DNA of 64,000 nt, taken from the NCBI GenBank assembly GCA_965112155.1, contig OZ218101.1; one strand, written 5' to 3'. The DNA comes from Podarcis liolepis. Taxonomy: Eukaryota. Shown here one piece after another: positions 39,241-53,236 of the stretch. The number at the start of each line of letters is the position of its first letter. Positions within the stretch are counted from its first letter, which is position 1. The translations under genes and the position numbers were made by a program. The notes under the pieces are model-generated. The model worked only from the letters and a program-made list of their open reading frames with translations, searched no databases and was not told the origin of the DNA.

Positions 39241-39947
39241 ACTTTTATACTACACAAAGCTCAGTAGAATATTTGCACAGTTGAGGGGAAAAATTATGTC
39301 AAGCGTCTAACTCTGAAAAAGAAAATCAACACCACATACTACCATGGCAATCCTAGAAATATGCCTTAGTTCAAGAAATGTAAGTTTCCTTCCAATTGTG
39401 TCGAAGTATTAAAATAGGCAACTAAAGCAAATTTCATTTTGCTCAGAGACCAATGCTTTTAGTTGCTTTAATGCTGATGGAAGTAGGTCAAGAATATATA
39501 GGTTTTCATCACTGACACATTGAAGACTGTCAAAATATGAACTTGATACAAAATATATGCATACTTTAATTCATCCTTGAAAAGATATAGGGTGAGGCTG
39601 GATTCTAGTGATATTCAGAGTAGACCAACCAGAATTATTTCAGTGGGTTTACTCTGAGAATGACTAAAACTGAATATCCCTCCACAGCATAAATATTAAG
39701 GTGATCTAGTGAAAAATATGTTTAATTTATACTGTTCACTGAAAAAATATGACAATAAGTATTCCTGCATGTATGAATGTGAGCTAGGGCAGCAAACTAG
39801 GAGACAATTAAGAAGATTAGAACAAAAGATTCAAGAGGTGGTATTACAGAAACAGAGCATCTATTTTCGGAATTCTGGTTAGTGCTGGCTCAGGCAAGCC
39901 ATCTGAGCACCATGACAGCTGGTATCAATTCCAGAGGTCCGTCTTAC

Positions 39948-40064
39948 CTTTCCAAAAGACCCCTGTCCTAGCACTTTAAGGAGTTCAAATTGTGAAGGGT
40001 CTGCTTTTTCATGTCCTTCCTTGACGTGATATGTTATTGCAATCTCTTTAATATTGCCTTCTTC
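39948..40064 (-). CDS. RPS6KA3: RSK2 exon 3 (EEGNIKE...LGQGSFGK; NTKD Gly-loop)
   Basis: 117 nt, tgcag/gtaaga. Confidence 0.97.
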
Positions 40065-41223
40065 CTGCAAAGAAAACAAGAATAAAGCTCTCATTTTTAT
40101 GTTTGGAATTCATGCCTGGAATATTCATCCTAGGCTGGTATTTAACTATTCACAGATGAAAGCAATTGTAATGGATAAAAGCCAACAAGGAAAAATATAT
40201 ATTCATTAAGTCCAATGTTGGTACCACTAGGAAAAACAAGGAATGTAGAATTTCCACAAAAGTTTGGTTTACTTCATGCTTAGGAAAACCACCAACTGAG
40301 GAATGAAAGATACCAAACTGCCAGATTTTTATAGAGTAGGGAAATACAAAATAACAGAAGGAAGCTTAGTTATGAACAGTTTCTTTTTTCCAAATTAAGA
40401 AAATAAAAAGCGGAAAATAGTCATCTGGCATATTCAGCTACCTAGTAAAAATACTAAGTTTAGGTCATTATCGTATGCCACTTTTAAAATGTTTCTTCAA
40501 CATTTTGCTTGTTTCTCAATATAGCATGTAGTCAGTACAGGAACAGCTCTAGTCACTCTTCAAAATCGCAGCTTCAGTTGTCTTGTCTAGGAGCTAATTC
40601 ACACTTTATAAAAAAAGGGGAGAAAGCAGGAGAAAAGTGACTCACTTCTGCTCCTAGTGTTGTTTGCTAAGGGGTGGGGAGGGGATTTATGGATGTCACC
40701 ACAGCAAGTATCTGCAAGTCCCACCATGGACATTTACAGGAAAAGCAGAAGTGTGAGCCTCTTGGGCTTCTTCCTTTCCTGATTGTGTATTATGTGCAAA
40801 CTGACTGGTGGTTCATGCATTGAAGAGGAAGGGCTTCCAAAACCATAATGGGTCTCTGCTCAACTCTCTCAAAGCGTTGCTCCTTGCCTCCATAAGCAGT
40901 ATTGATTTTATAGGATTATTTAATACACAAAGTAAAAAGAAAAGAATTAATTACATCAAATAGTTTGTTCTCAACAATTGGTCACTTTTATATCTAACCA
41001 TTCTTCCAAAGAGATCAGGCAGGGTAACATGCATTGAATTATCAGCTTTATCATTGCAATCTTTCTGTGAGGTAGGTGAGACTGAACCACTGTGACTTGC
41101 TTATTCCATTGAACCTCCTGGTTGAGTGGAGACTTGAACCTGGCCACAACTCACTATACATTTTATTGTTACACAGTAGGCAAAGCTCTTCCTATACATA
41201 AAAGGAGTTTTAGGATTGTATTA

Positions 41224-41465
41224 CAGTGGTACCTTGGGATGCAAACAGGATCCGTTCCAGAGCCCCATTTGCATCCTGAACAGAACGTAAGACGCGACTG
41301 TGCGTCGCATTTCGTCGCTTCCGCGCATGCTCGTGACGTCATTTTGACCATCTGCGCATGCGCGCGTGAAACCCGGAAGTAATGAGCTCCGTTACTTCCG
41401 GGTCGCTGCGGAGCGCAACCCGAAAATACTTATCCTGAAGTGTATTTATCCTAAGGTATGGCCTT
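41224..41465 (+). mobile_element. Tc1/mariner MITE family C (CpG-rich)
   Basis: TA-CAGTGGTACCTT left end; inverted homolog at 63788-64000; right end approximate. Confidence 0.8.
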
Positions 41466-41889
41466 ATAGTAAGCAACATGCAAGTTGCACAATGACCAAT
41501 AGTTAGAATGTCCAGCCATGCCTTGTTTTTACTTCAATCTAAGCAGGTAGGGAGAATTAAAAAGAGCCATGTGTTAGAAGCAACAGTCAGAAGTAGAAGA
41601 ACAGTAATAATTCAAGTAAATTGAACTAAAGGAAGGACAGGAGATGTAATAAAGGAGCAGGGAAGAAAGCAGCTATGTGTGTGGAAGAAAAATATATTTG
41701 CTGCTTCTGTGTTTCACAAGAGTGAAACTCAGTAATTGCAATCCTTTCAGCAGCTGGCTTTATTCTCCTTGCTGGCATGATGCAGAGTATACACATGGTG
41801 ACAACAGGGAAGTGAAATATTATTGCATAATTTCAGAGATAATAAATTACTGTATACAGCACTCTCAGGGATCATATGTATTGGATTGT

Positions 41890-42710
41890 GCCCTAAATAA
41901 ATCTATTGTGCGGCCAAATTTAGAAAGCCACATACAGTCGTGTTCTTGTAGCCCCATCTCAAAAAGAGCTAGAAAAGTACAGAAGAGGTCAAACAAGATG
42001 ACAAAGGCATTGGAGCACCTTCCCTACAAGTACAGCAGCAGCACCGACACTTTGGAACTCCCTGCCCATTGATATAACACAGGCCCCTTCACTGTAGTGT
42101 TTTTTTGGCGTGTGCTGAAGACATTCTTGTTTAGATAAGCCTACCCAGATGTTTAGAAAGTTTGCCTGATATTTGTTTTAGTCTACTTTATTGCCATTTT
42201 AGCATTCTGTATGTTTAAAACATTTTAGCATTCTGTATGTTGTACTTTTTATGTGTTATCTTTATTGTTTTATCATTTTTGTAAACCACTTTATGGTTTT
42301 TTTTATAATCTACAGATTCTATGAAATAAATAAGAAATAAAGTGTTCAGTGCATTTTAGTCAGGTTTTATAGAATTATGCATGATGCAGGAAAAGTAGGC
42401 ACATAATTTTTCTCCCTCACATTAGGGTGGTATTAAACTAAACTCACTGAAATTAAGATGGCTCAGGTCCCTTATTTTCAGTGGGTTTACTCTGAGTAAA
42501 ACTTAGCTGAATACTCTTTAGTATTTTTAGAATACTTCTGCATCATCCAGTGAGATTGATTGGTAGCAGATTCAGGGGACATAAAAAAGGGAGTTCTTAA
42601 TACAACACATTATTAATCTATGGTATTTCATCACCACAAGATGAAGTCATTGCTTAAGATAGATTTAAAATAATTAAGCAGATTTATGGAGGATAGAGTT
42701 AACAACAACA
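41890..42710 (+). mobile_element. Old CR1 ORF2/3' fragment with nested insertions
   Basis: Degenerate RT C-terminal peptide (KSIVRPNLE...KVQKRSNKMTKALEHLPY); boundaries approximate. Confidence 0.65.
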
Positions 42711-45700
42711 ACAATGTGGCTAACAGATGTCGTTATGTCCCACTCTTCCTCCAAAAGGAGTCCAGGGTGGCTAACAATGTTCAAACAAATAGAACCAACA
42801 TAAAACGAAAGCTAAATGGAACAGTTGTTGTGTACTTCTGAACACCACATGCTGAGGACAAATAGTGAGGTAAGGGGTATAGCCATGATGCCTTATTATG
42901 GGCTTCCCAGAAGAAATCAACTGACTACTGCAGCAAACAGAATGCTTAAAAGAAGATCTTTGGGGTAATCCAACTGGGCTTTTCTTGAGTTCTTAACCAG
43001 TACCAAACCATCTTCCCACACATGCACCAATCACAAGCATGGATATTTGTCATACTAGTGCCTGCAACCCTGCTCACTCCACTAACCAACCCTATTCCCA
43101 TTCCCCCCACAATAACCACTATAACCACTTCCCCTTCCTACTCCATGCAACTACTGAGCTCGCTTTTCACTTTCCCAGCTCCATCTCTGAAGCCACTTCT
43201 CTCTTCTAATCTGCAGCCCCCTTCGCACCTGTTTTCACCTGAACCCACAAGCCTGCTTCCCCTTTTTTGGGCAACCACCCCCCTTGCACACAAACCATCC
43301 CATGGTAGCCTCTTGCACCTATCTTGTCCCACACATTGCTACTAAATATCCTTTCCACCCAACTAGAAAGCCACCACCCACTCCTATTCTTCAGGTCCTT
43401 TCATGTCCCTGCTTTCATTTTCAACCCCATCCCCATGCCTCCTTTTCCATCGTTTTGCAAACCCTTTTGCTTAGTTGATATTCCTGCACTGCACGGGGTT
43501 AGAGACCAGGTGACCCTTGGGGTCCCTTCCCTTCCAACTCTACATTTCCATGATTCTCTCTTTCCCCCTTCCCCCCCTTCCCTTTTTCAACTCAGGCTTG
43601 CACACAGACCACCCCCACTTCTATGCCTCATCCTCTCTCCTAATCTGCACCCCACTTTGCACACACCCCATGATAACGTATGTTACTGAATCTTTAAAAT
43701 GAATAAACTCTTAAGAGCAAACCTATCAGTTAGCTTGTTCAGTTGGAGAATGTTAAATTAAGTTGATGAATGTTATATGTATATTGTATGACTGTAGGGT
43801 GTTTGCTTGTTAATAAAACATGTTCTAAATTATTATGTTAGATCTGGAACTTAATGTTGAAGAAAATACATGGTACCAGGAGTGAAATACACTGTGTGAA
43901 GGTACTATGGATTATCTGAGGGCTTTGTATATCTCTCACACAAATGAATCAGCTGAAGAGTAGAAGAAGTTTATGTATAGCAAGAAGCGAGGAACACCAA
44001 AAGGGAAAAAAGAGGCTATTTTAAACAAAGAACAGCACAGGTTTGAGTAAAGTAGGGATGGGAGTGTAAGTTTTTTAAGGAACTGTTATCACCTGTTGCT
44101 TGTTGCTCAGGGCTCCTTTGGGTAGAATAAAAAGAATTAAGAGAAATGTTATGCCTGAATTGCTTTCATAATTTTAAGGGACCCAAAATGACTCTCTTGC
44201 CCAGGATCCCCACAGGCCACCACTGCATATTGCCTCCCCACAACAACTTGGGACTCTTGATTTTGGAAAAAGACAATGTCTTTTGACCACTTTGATCACT
44301 ATCAGTCTCTTTAACAGAAGAGTTGAGTAATGGGGGTGTTGAATGGACATGCCTATAGGGACTGAAGCAACGTGTATCAGAGTAAATAGGGTAGAAGTTA
44401 GAGAGAGAAATATGGAGCACTCCTCCCCACAAATATTCTAACCAGAGCCATGAAATTTTACAGGCCTTTAAGTAGCCATTAATGACAGATGTGCTGCTTT
44501 CTATTCTCCTTCACTTTATCATAACATCTGAAGTTGAAAATAGATCTAAATGGATTTTCTGGCCCCTTTCCATCCCAGAATGTTACATATGTAAAGAGGT
44601 TCTTGGCATATCATGCTAAACTCTGTCAAGAATCTGCAAAGTGTTAAGTTCTTTTATGAATGTCAGAGAATAGATTTCACACATCTATCTGGTTTATAAA
44701 AAAACACCCTTGTATGAAACAACTGGTTTGGGAAAATTCTAATATTTTATAGGTAAAATTATTATTTGTTTTTAATTATGGTGAAAACTCAGACAAGTGT
44801 TTATGTCTTTGATTCAGCTGTAAAGAATGTATGATTTTATCTTTGTGCTTGTCTCTTTGATCCAGCACAGTAATCCATCAGTAGAATGGAGAGCTGAACA
44901 ATTTTGATTGATTCCCCTCCCACATTCCCAATATTTGTTCTAGGACAACATGGAAGGTAGGGTGGTGGTGGGGAGGGCTGCAGAGGAAAACTGACCAAAA
45001 TATCTCCCTCCCTATCCTTTATATCATTTTAATTGCATCTTGGTAGTGGCACCACTTTCTGGAATTCTTGGCACTGAAATATCTAACTGATTTGAAATGT
45101 CTATTTGATTTATTTCCTACCTGCTATCATGCATTTGACCAAAACATTATTATAATTTAGCCTGAATCCAATGTTGTCTGTGCATGGGAAGAACACAATA
45201 ACCACTTACACAACAACTTTCTTTCATCCCATTGCAGCCCCCCCCCCTCAAAATATGCTCTGGAGGGTTGGGGGTCTTGTGGTCCTCTACTAATCAAAAT
45301 AGCAATCTCCTATAACCACTTTCTGGGGTCTGCTCTTCATGAAGGACTGGAGCAACTTTAGAACAGTACCCTAGGTTGGTGAACAGTTCACCAGGACAAG
45401 TGGAAGATTCCTACTTTCAGTGAGAACACTTCAGCTTAACTTTAAGTCTGTTATGTAAGGAATGAACTTACATAAAAAGTAACCTTGTTCCATTGGCCCA
45501 CAGTAACACAGTACAGGTTACTGGGTAATATTGTGGTTTTAAGAAACACATTCTGGCATAAATTCATCCTGCACATAATTTCTTTTTCCTCTACTCCTGA
45601 AGTCAGGGAATTATCTAGAATTCATTTTTCTCAATGGGTTATGGAACAAAGGTTGAGTTCTCCTAAGATAAACAGGACTTACAAACTAGTTATGCTGCAA

Positions 45701-46520
45701 CCCGATACACAGTCACTGTGGCTTACATCTGAGTAAGTAAAGGGGAGGAGAAGGGCAGCACTAAAAAGAACAAGAACAAAGGAAGCAAAAGAGGCAGCAA
45801 AGTCTCAAAAAACCGTTGAAAGATCAATCTTTAGGAATAGTAATAGTGTTGGTGGAACAAAAATGTCCACTGCATTTCATATGATAACAACTTCCCTCAG
45901 GAGCACAAGATTACAGTTCTCATATCAAGGCAACACTTCTCTCTTTTTTTCTGAGTAGAGATGTATAACACTGCAATGCCTGGGAAGTACCACCTTCCTC
46001 TGATCATAGTTCACAAGAAGAAGAACTGAGGACTATGTTCCAAACTTAAAGTTTAAATTTAATGCAATACATTTTTTTTATTCTATTGCCACAAGCCAAA
46101 CATGTATTTATGCATATTATATTCCATACAAGTACCACAAAACTGATATAAAAAATGAAGTAACTCGGCAGCAGTCAATGAATACAGCCATTCTAACTAG
46201 AGGAGTCACTACTACTTCATCAGCTCTGCTGAGATGCCAGCTCCATCAGCCGTTTCTTTTCCTTCAACAGCCATATGGCAATAGTCATAGGCATTCTTTC
46301 AGGATGCAATTGGGGGCAGGGATACAAAGTAACAGCATAGGCTCAGCTGAGACCCCAGCAATTTTTGGTTCCTCCTCTCTATTCCAGCCAGCCATTGTAA
46401 GAACTTTGTAACTAGTGCTTGATTTTGATTTTGCCCTGAATATGTGCATGCATACTAGTTGGCTAAGCACCATAAGCTGAGACTGTCCAGGCAACATGTC
46501 AACACTCAGGTTTTACTTAC

Positions 46521-46577
46521 TGATTGTGGATTCATCTCTTCTTCTCCCATAGGTTCATCCATGATTTGTTGGCCATT
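46521..46577 (-). CDS. RPS6KA3: RSK2 exon 2 (NGQQIMDEPMGEEEMNPQS)
   Basis: 57 nt, tgcag/gtaagt. Confidence 0.95.
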
Positions 46578-46749
46578 CTGCAAAAAAAGAAAGGGGGTTC
46601 ATAAAGCAACTAAAGTAGAAACATTTCTCTACATCTTATTAAAAATAACAAAACAATGGGTTATATTCAACTAAGTCTTACCCAAAGTATAACAATTGAA
46701 ATTAATGAACCTAAGTTTGTCATGTCTATTAACAGCAATGAATCTACTC

Positions 46750-46995
46750 CATGGGTAGGCAAACTAAGGCCCGGGGGCCGGATCCAGTTCAATCGGCTTC
46801 TAAATCCGGCCTTCAGACGGTCCGGGAATCAGCGTATTTTTACATGAGTAGAATGTGTCCTTTTATTTAAAAAGCATCTCTGGGTTATTTGTGGGGCATA
46901 GGAATTCATATTTTTTTTCAAAATATAGTCCGGCCCCTCACAAGGTCTGAGGGACAGTGGACCGGCCCCCTGCTGAAAATGTTTGCTGACCCCTG
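46750..46995. mobile_element. hAT-Charlie MITE (OC1/OposCharlie-like)
   Basis: 8-bp TSD atctactc/gtctactc; 3' end ggtctgagggacagtggaccggccccctgctgaaaatgtttgctgacccctg. Confidence 0.8.
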
Positions 46996-48768
46996 GTCTA
47001 CTCTGAGTAGGACTAGCATTGGATAAAACTCAAAGTTATTTGCCAGTATCAATTACTATAAAAGATGGTTGCAACTACTGTCTTACTGGGCAGTGAAAGG
47101 GGGGGACTTTCCAGAAAGAAAATAAGGTGTACAATTCTAAGCCACTAACTATTTAGAGCACTTATGACTAGAAGCCCATAGATCTGCAAAAAGCAAGATG
47201 AAGACAACAACCCATCATACAAAACAAACATTTAAACTGGACCTTGACAGTGGCGAAGGTGATGCAGCTCTATTGAAAATTATTGTGTTTTAAATAATAT
47301 GTAAGTTCTATTACTGTGAAGTGAAGATAAAGAATAGAATTATAGGACTGCAATGCTTAATCCATTAGATATATCAATAAACCACTTTAAAAGTGGCCAT
47401 TTAGACAGCAAGTACTATATTAAGGGGACTTCCCCTCTTATGCAAGATAAAATGCCTCATAAGATATTTCCTCTCATATATATCACCTAAAAAAATCAAA
47501 TGATGTATGCTACTTGCTTCAGAACTTTTTTTTTTTTTTGGTCAATGTGTGAATTGAATCCATTAAAGCAATATCAGTCAATTTTTACTGTGCAACCCAC
47601 TGCATATCTATTTCATATCTTGGCTCTTGTATGGTTGGCTATCTTGTACTAAAAACACAGATATGAGTTGCTCTGGGACTGGAGAGTAGAAGGAAAACGC
47701 ACTTTGGCTTTTGTCATTGCCCAGAGGACCCAGGACCACTAAGAGACTGCCTCCCCTGCCTCCCAGGAGTAACATCAAGGCGATCGGAAGTCTAACCTGG
47801 CCCTAGTTCTCAGCCAGAGAAGCAGCAGCTGCAAGGGGCATGCCTGCCCCACTCCCTGCTTGAAAGAACACTGAGCCACAACTGCCTGCTGCCCTGGGAA
47901 TGCAAAAACAAGGGGAAAGAACACCCCGACTCCATTCAGCGGCCAAACGAACAAAATACACTAATTACTATTCAAGAAAGAACACCAGAAGAGAAGATCA
48001 ATCCAACCCAACCTGGATAAAACTGTTTGTGGCCTTCCCCTAGGCATCTGGTTGACCACCGCAAGAACAGACTGCTGGACTAGATGGGCCTCTGGCTCCT
48101 TTTAGTACCCTCTAGCAGTCTCACTATTTTGTTCCGGCCTTAAAGAACTGATATCTCTATATTTTCCAGTGTTCAAAACTCCCATTGTGGTAGGCACGTT
48201 TTGTAATAGGGAATTTCATTAGTGTGAGCAGTTTCTGAGCTCTGGGTGCAGTACTGCATCTAAGATTTCAGATTAAAACTGCAGAGCTGAAGGAAAGGAG
48301 GACCTTTTTCTGCCTCTCCACTTCCAGCTACTCTCTGAAGACTGGAGAAGAGACCCTCTTAAGAATATTAGAGGGGTGAGCAGGGGAAAATGTGAAAATG
48401 ATATATTTTAGCTGCAGTTCATTCATTTTCAGCTTTGTATTCTTGTTATAAAAAAGCATGCCTAGACATTCTGTTGTTGCACCCATAATCTAGGTTTAAG
48501 GTGCCATTTATCTCCTAGCTTTCATATCTCAGTGTCTAATACTGATATTTTCCCTTTATTCTCCTTTCCTTGTGTATCTTGCATTTGCCATTTGTAAGCC
48601 TGATGGCTAGACTTCTCTCTCTCTCTCTCTCTCTCTTTAAAGTCACTTTAGGAAACAATAATTGCCTGAAAATCAGTATAAACATACAGGAAATAAAATA
48701 GGTAAATAATTTGTGTACAATAGGATAACAGGTTGAGAGCAAGTTCCCCCAGCCTGCACACTCAAGGG

Positions 48769-49039
48769 CAGGGGTTGGCAACCTAAGGCCCATGGGCTGG
48801 GGGTCGTTTAACCAGCCCACGAGCCGCCCATGAACCAAGCTGCCTGCACAGTGAGTCCCCATGTGCTGTGCTAAGCTGGAACTGCATGGAAACTTGCGTC
48901 TGTGGTGCCAGAAATCGCATTTGCGCAGACATAGATGCCGGAAATCGCGGGCGGGTGCACTCCCACACGCGATCTGGCCCACAGAGGGATCTCTGCTGGA
49001 GTGAACCGGCCCAGGCGAGGTAAATCTTGCTGACCCCTG
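48769..49039. mobile_element. hAT MITE
   Basis: 8-bp TSD ctcaaggg/ctcaagga; TIRs CAGGGGTTGGCAA / TTGCTGACCCCTG. Confidence 0.85.
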
Positions 49040-50389
49040 CTCAAGGATCTAAGCAGCACTAAAGCAGCAGCCATGTTAGCTGGAGCACAGCATTTGTCTA
49101 CCAACCTCTCATCCAGACTTGGCTGCTCAAAGGAAGTTACTCTAAAACACTTCCTAGGATGACACTGCTTTAAAGCAAAATATCAAGATGGGTGTATTTC
49201 AGTGTGACTTGGCACTGGGAACTGCCAAAGATAAGAAGCACTGCATTTATCAACACCTTCCCAGAAACAAACAGAAGCCTCCGTATGACTCTCCTCTTTC
49301 TTCAGACCCTACTTACTAATTTCCACTTACTTAAACCAGGCAGTTATCCAACTTTCAATGTCAAAGATGGCAAAGCAGCCTTCGCCACCTGACGCAAAAC
49401 CAAGAGATGTAGATTTTAACAATTTCTTATCACTTTGTTGTCTGGGTAACCCAAAGAAACACACCAGGCTCTTACTCATCCTCGTGAATCCAAATCAAAA
49501 TACACTACGGACTACTAAAATACTGCTTTCCTCCAGCAAGAGTTCATTTTATATAAAAACATTTAAATGGATGTGAAGAAAATTTAGAGCACAATTCCTT
49601 ACACTTTTAATGTGTAACATCATTATCACATTAGGAACATTAGTATTCCAAGTAAAACTCGTGGAACACATATTTGCACTAACTTCTATATGATTCTACA
49701 TTACTTTTAGCAGCATATAATTGCCTTGCTCACAAGGGACACCCAGCAAGAATGAGCTGCATGTACCAGATCTCTAATCTGTCTTATGATTTGGCTAGTA
49801 AATCAGACTAGTGAAGGGCTGGTCGCGAAAGGTGATTCATTATAGCCAGTCATTTTCTCCAGCAGGATGAGTGTACTGAAATGACACATTGCCAAAGACT
49901 GTTTAGCCCTCTGGTGTGTTCATCACCACATATTAGTCTTACTCTAAAACAGATACAGATAGATGTATAACATGTTTACATCAGTAACAACTGAAAGATT
50001 GCAGTGGAGCTAAGTTGTAGAAGAAAGTAAGTAAAAAATAAGTCAATTTACAATGGTTTTCCATATTAGAAAATATTGTCTAGATGTTTCAATGCAAGAT
50101 AAATCACAAAATTCCAAGTATTACAGTTGCTAGTGTAATCTGGCATTTCAAATACCTGACTGCACAGTATGAAAACAATCAAATAATTGGAAAAATAATG
50201 CAAGTTACAATACAAAGAAGATTGCAAACTTATTTTATCTTGCAACCTTTCTGGTAAAAGATTTGAGTGTAAAAGCTATGCAGGTCAAAGGTCATTAACA
50301 GGAAAAATGATATTTTGTAGGTATATGTATCGTTTAGCATTTTTATGAATTTTGTACTAAGAGCAATGTACATATCACAGTAAATAATA

Positions 50390-50609
50390 CAGTGGTACCT
50401 CGGGTTAAGAACTTAATTCGTTCAGGAGGTCCATTCTTAACCTGAAACTGTTCTTAACCTGAATCACCACTTTAGCTAATGGGGCCTCCTGCTGCGCCGC
50501 CGGAGCACGATTTCTGTTCTCATCCTGAAGCAAAGTTCTTAACCCGAGGTACTATTTCTGGGTTAGCGGAGTCTGTAACCTGAAGCGTCTGTAACCTAAG
50601 GTACCACTG
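50390..50609 (-). mobile_element. Tc1/mariner MITE family A, copy 3 (inverted)
   Basis: TA TSD both sides; reverse complement of copies 1 and 2. Confidence 0.9.
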
Positions 50610-52304
50610 TACTGTCTTTACAATGATCATGTTCAGACACAACTACAGGTAATCAATTAGCCTATGCATGAGCCACGTGAAAGTGCATGCAAACTGAGCT
50701 CTCCTGCTTCGCTCCTCCCTTCCTCTGTCAGGGAAACAAACCATGGAGTGGCAGGCTTAGCAATACTCCAAACCAGTGCTTGTGGGTTGTTTCTCTCAAA
50801 ACAGACCACAATTCTGAAGCCAAGTTTTTTTCTTGGTTGCCCACTTCCCAATCATGCTTGGGGGGGGGGGGTAAGCAAGCTATGAGTGCTGGTTCAGACA
50901 TAATGCAAAGCCAGTAGTTTCCCTGAAGCTTCAAAACAGTAGAGCTCAGCATACTCACACTTCAATGTGGCTTGCGCACAGGTTAATTTGGCTAACTGCA
51001 GTTAAGAGTGCAGAAATGATATATCACTACAATGAGCCAGATATTTTTGGAAAACGCTGAAGACAGCTATTAGTAAGGGCTTCATTTTTTTCTATTTGCA
51101 GCCTAATTATATTCATATTTACTCAGAAGTAGTCATGTTAATTTCAACAGAACTTACTCCTAGGTGAATATGCTTAGGGCTGAATCCCTAAGTTATATTT
51201 TTGTTTCTCTCAAACTGCTTACTGCTCCATATTTTTCGCTCCATATTTATTTCTTAAAACTGAAGATGAAGAGGATGATGTAAACAACCTGTATACTTCA
51301 CTCAGGCACAGCAATGGTTACAGTTAATGTTTTTTAAATTTTTTCTTTCACTGATTTGTACATCTTACTTTTTACAGCTGTGTTCTCAAAAATTAATAAA
51401 CATATTTTTTCAATTGCTCCTTGTAGGTTTAAATGCTGTTTTTTAGGTAATTCATAAGCAAATCATTGGATTAACTGGTAATGCACATTCTAGTGTGTTT
51501 TCAATTCTATAACCTTCAAGCAAGAAACTGAAATCTCTCACAATGCCGCCCTGCAAATATAGCATCTTGTTCGTTTACATTTCCGGCATTTTACAGGAAC
51601 ATATACATGTTTGTTTAAAATGTCAGTTTAAAAGTTGCAACACAGCTCTGTACACATTCTTCTTTGCTACCGTATTTGCTTCAGCTGGGAGGGCATAGTA
51701 TCTCCACAAGGTTGTTGCAAGGATATTGGTGGTGAGAATAGCAGCTTGCCACAACCCATGACAGTACAATAGGAAAGTGTGCCAGGGATGAAAAGTATGA
51801 ACAGTTTAAAGGCACCTAGAACAGATTCCAAGCCTCATTTGATAGCAGACAATTGTCTGCATAGGTTATGGTACCCCCAGCCCTCTATTAATATGACCAG
51901 CGCTTTCCCTACTGACAGTCTCAATAAAAGGCAAAGAAGCAATTTTTCAGAAAGGGGCTTATTCTCACTTCAAACCATTAAATACTACAATTTGCCTTCT
52001 TAAAACATTTTGATATAAGCAAATACTATAGCCATGATTAAATACTTACATGATGAAAACACTTAAAATATAATTAGGAGGTTTTAAAATAAAGTAATGC
52101 ACACTTTCCCCATCTCTCCAGCCAGCCATCTACACACAATGTGCTTTTGTCCTGTATTCCACTAAGCAAAATGAATTTGAGTTACTGTTATAATCTTTTT
52201 TCCCTTCCCTAACATCCATTTTTGATGAGAGTCATGCATTTGGGACAAAAAAAAAAGTAACCTCACCTATCTGAGGTCTGAACTGGCTGTGACTGACAAG
52301 GAAT

Positions 52305-52775
52305 GAGACCAAAATGATCAGGAGGAGGATGGAGCCACTTCCTTATGTGGAAAGGTTGCGGTTTTTAGTTTAGAGAAAAGCCAAGTAAGAGGCAGCATGA
52401 TCAAAGTGTATAAATCTATGCATGCTATGGAAAAAGTGGATAGAAAAAAGTTTCTCTCATAACACTAGAATTTGGGGATATTCAGTGAAGCTGAATGTTG
52501 GAAGATTCAGCACAGACAAACGAAAGTACCTTCTTCCTTCAATGAATAATTATACTATGGATTTCACTCCCACAAGAGGTAGCGATGGCCACCATCTTGG
52601 ATGGCTGTAAAACAAATTCCTGGTGAATAAGGCTATGTTCTACCTCGGCTGTCAGAGATAGTATGTTTCTGGGTATCAGTTAGTGGAAACCACAGACATC
52701 TGGTTGGGTACTGAGAGAACAGGATGTGGACAAATGGGTCACTGGCCTGATTCAGTGGGCTGTTCTCGTGTTCAT
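52305..52775 (+). mobile_element. Old CR1 ORF2 end plus 3'UTR
   Basis: Degenerate ORF2 C-terminal peptides (e.g. KLNVGRFSTDKRKY) and CR1-type tail; boundaries approximate. Confidence 0.7.
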
Positions 52776-53236
52776 AACCAACTCTAGTTGCAGCTCAGAC
52801 TGGAGTTTTGAGAATTAATTAATTTCACTTAACCAAATGAAACTGGTTATATTTAATTCTTTATGCAAAGAAAGCCAGAGGCTTTTGGGTCAAAATCATG
52901 TCTTAAACAAGCATTGTTCCTAATTACCAAGGTCTATCACTACGAGCATTCCCAAGCAATATTATTATTTATTCATTAATTTAAATCACACTACTGTCTT
53001 GAAAGAATAGGGTGGGAAGAAACACTTTTAATTATTTCACATCAAAAGTACTTTTTTGAAAGATGCACTCTTCCACATGGGATCTACCTAGAAGTTTCTT
53101 CCATGGAGCAGCATACCATATTATGTTTGAAACCCTTATAAGTGCATTGGTTCCATAGCGTATAACATCTCTACACCAAGGCTAGTCACAATCAGGAATA
53201 TGTGGAGCTGGCAAAGATAATCTGGATGAGCAGATA

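Noticed and set aside
43000-43700. C-rich, strand-skewed block with Pro/Ser/Thr-rich ORFs
   Set aside because: Low complexity, includes a CR1 tail, no splice or domain support; origin unresolved.
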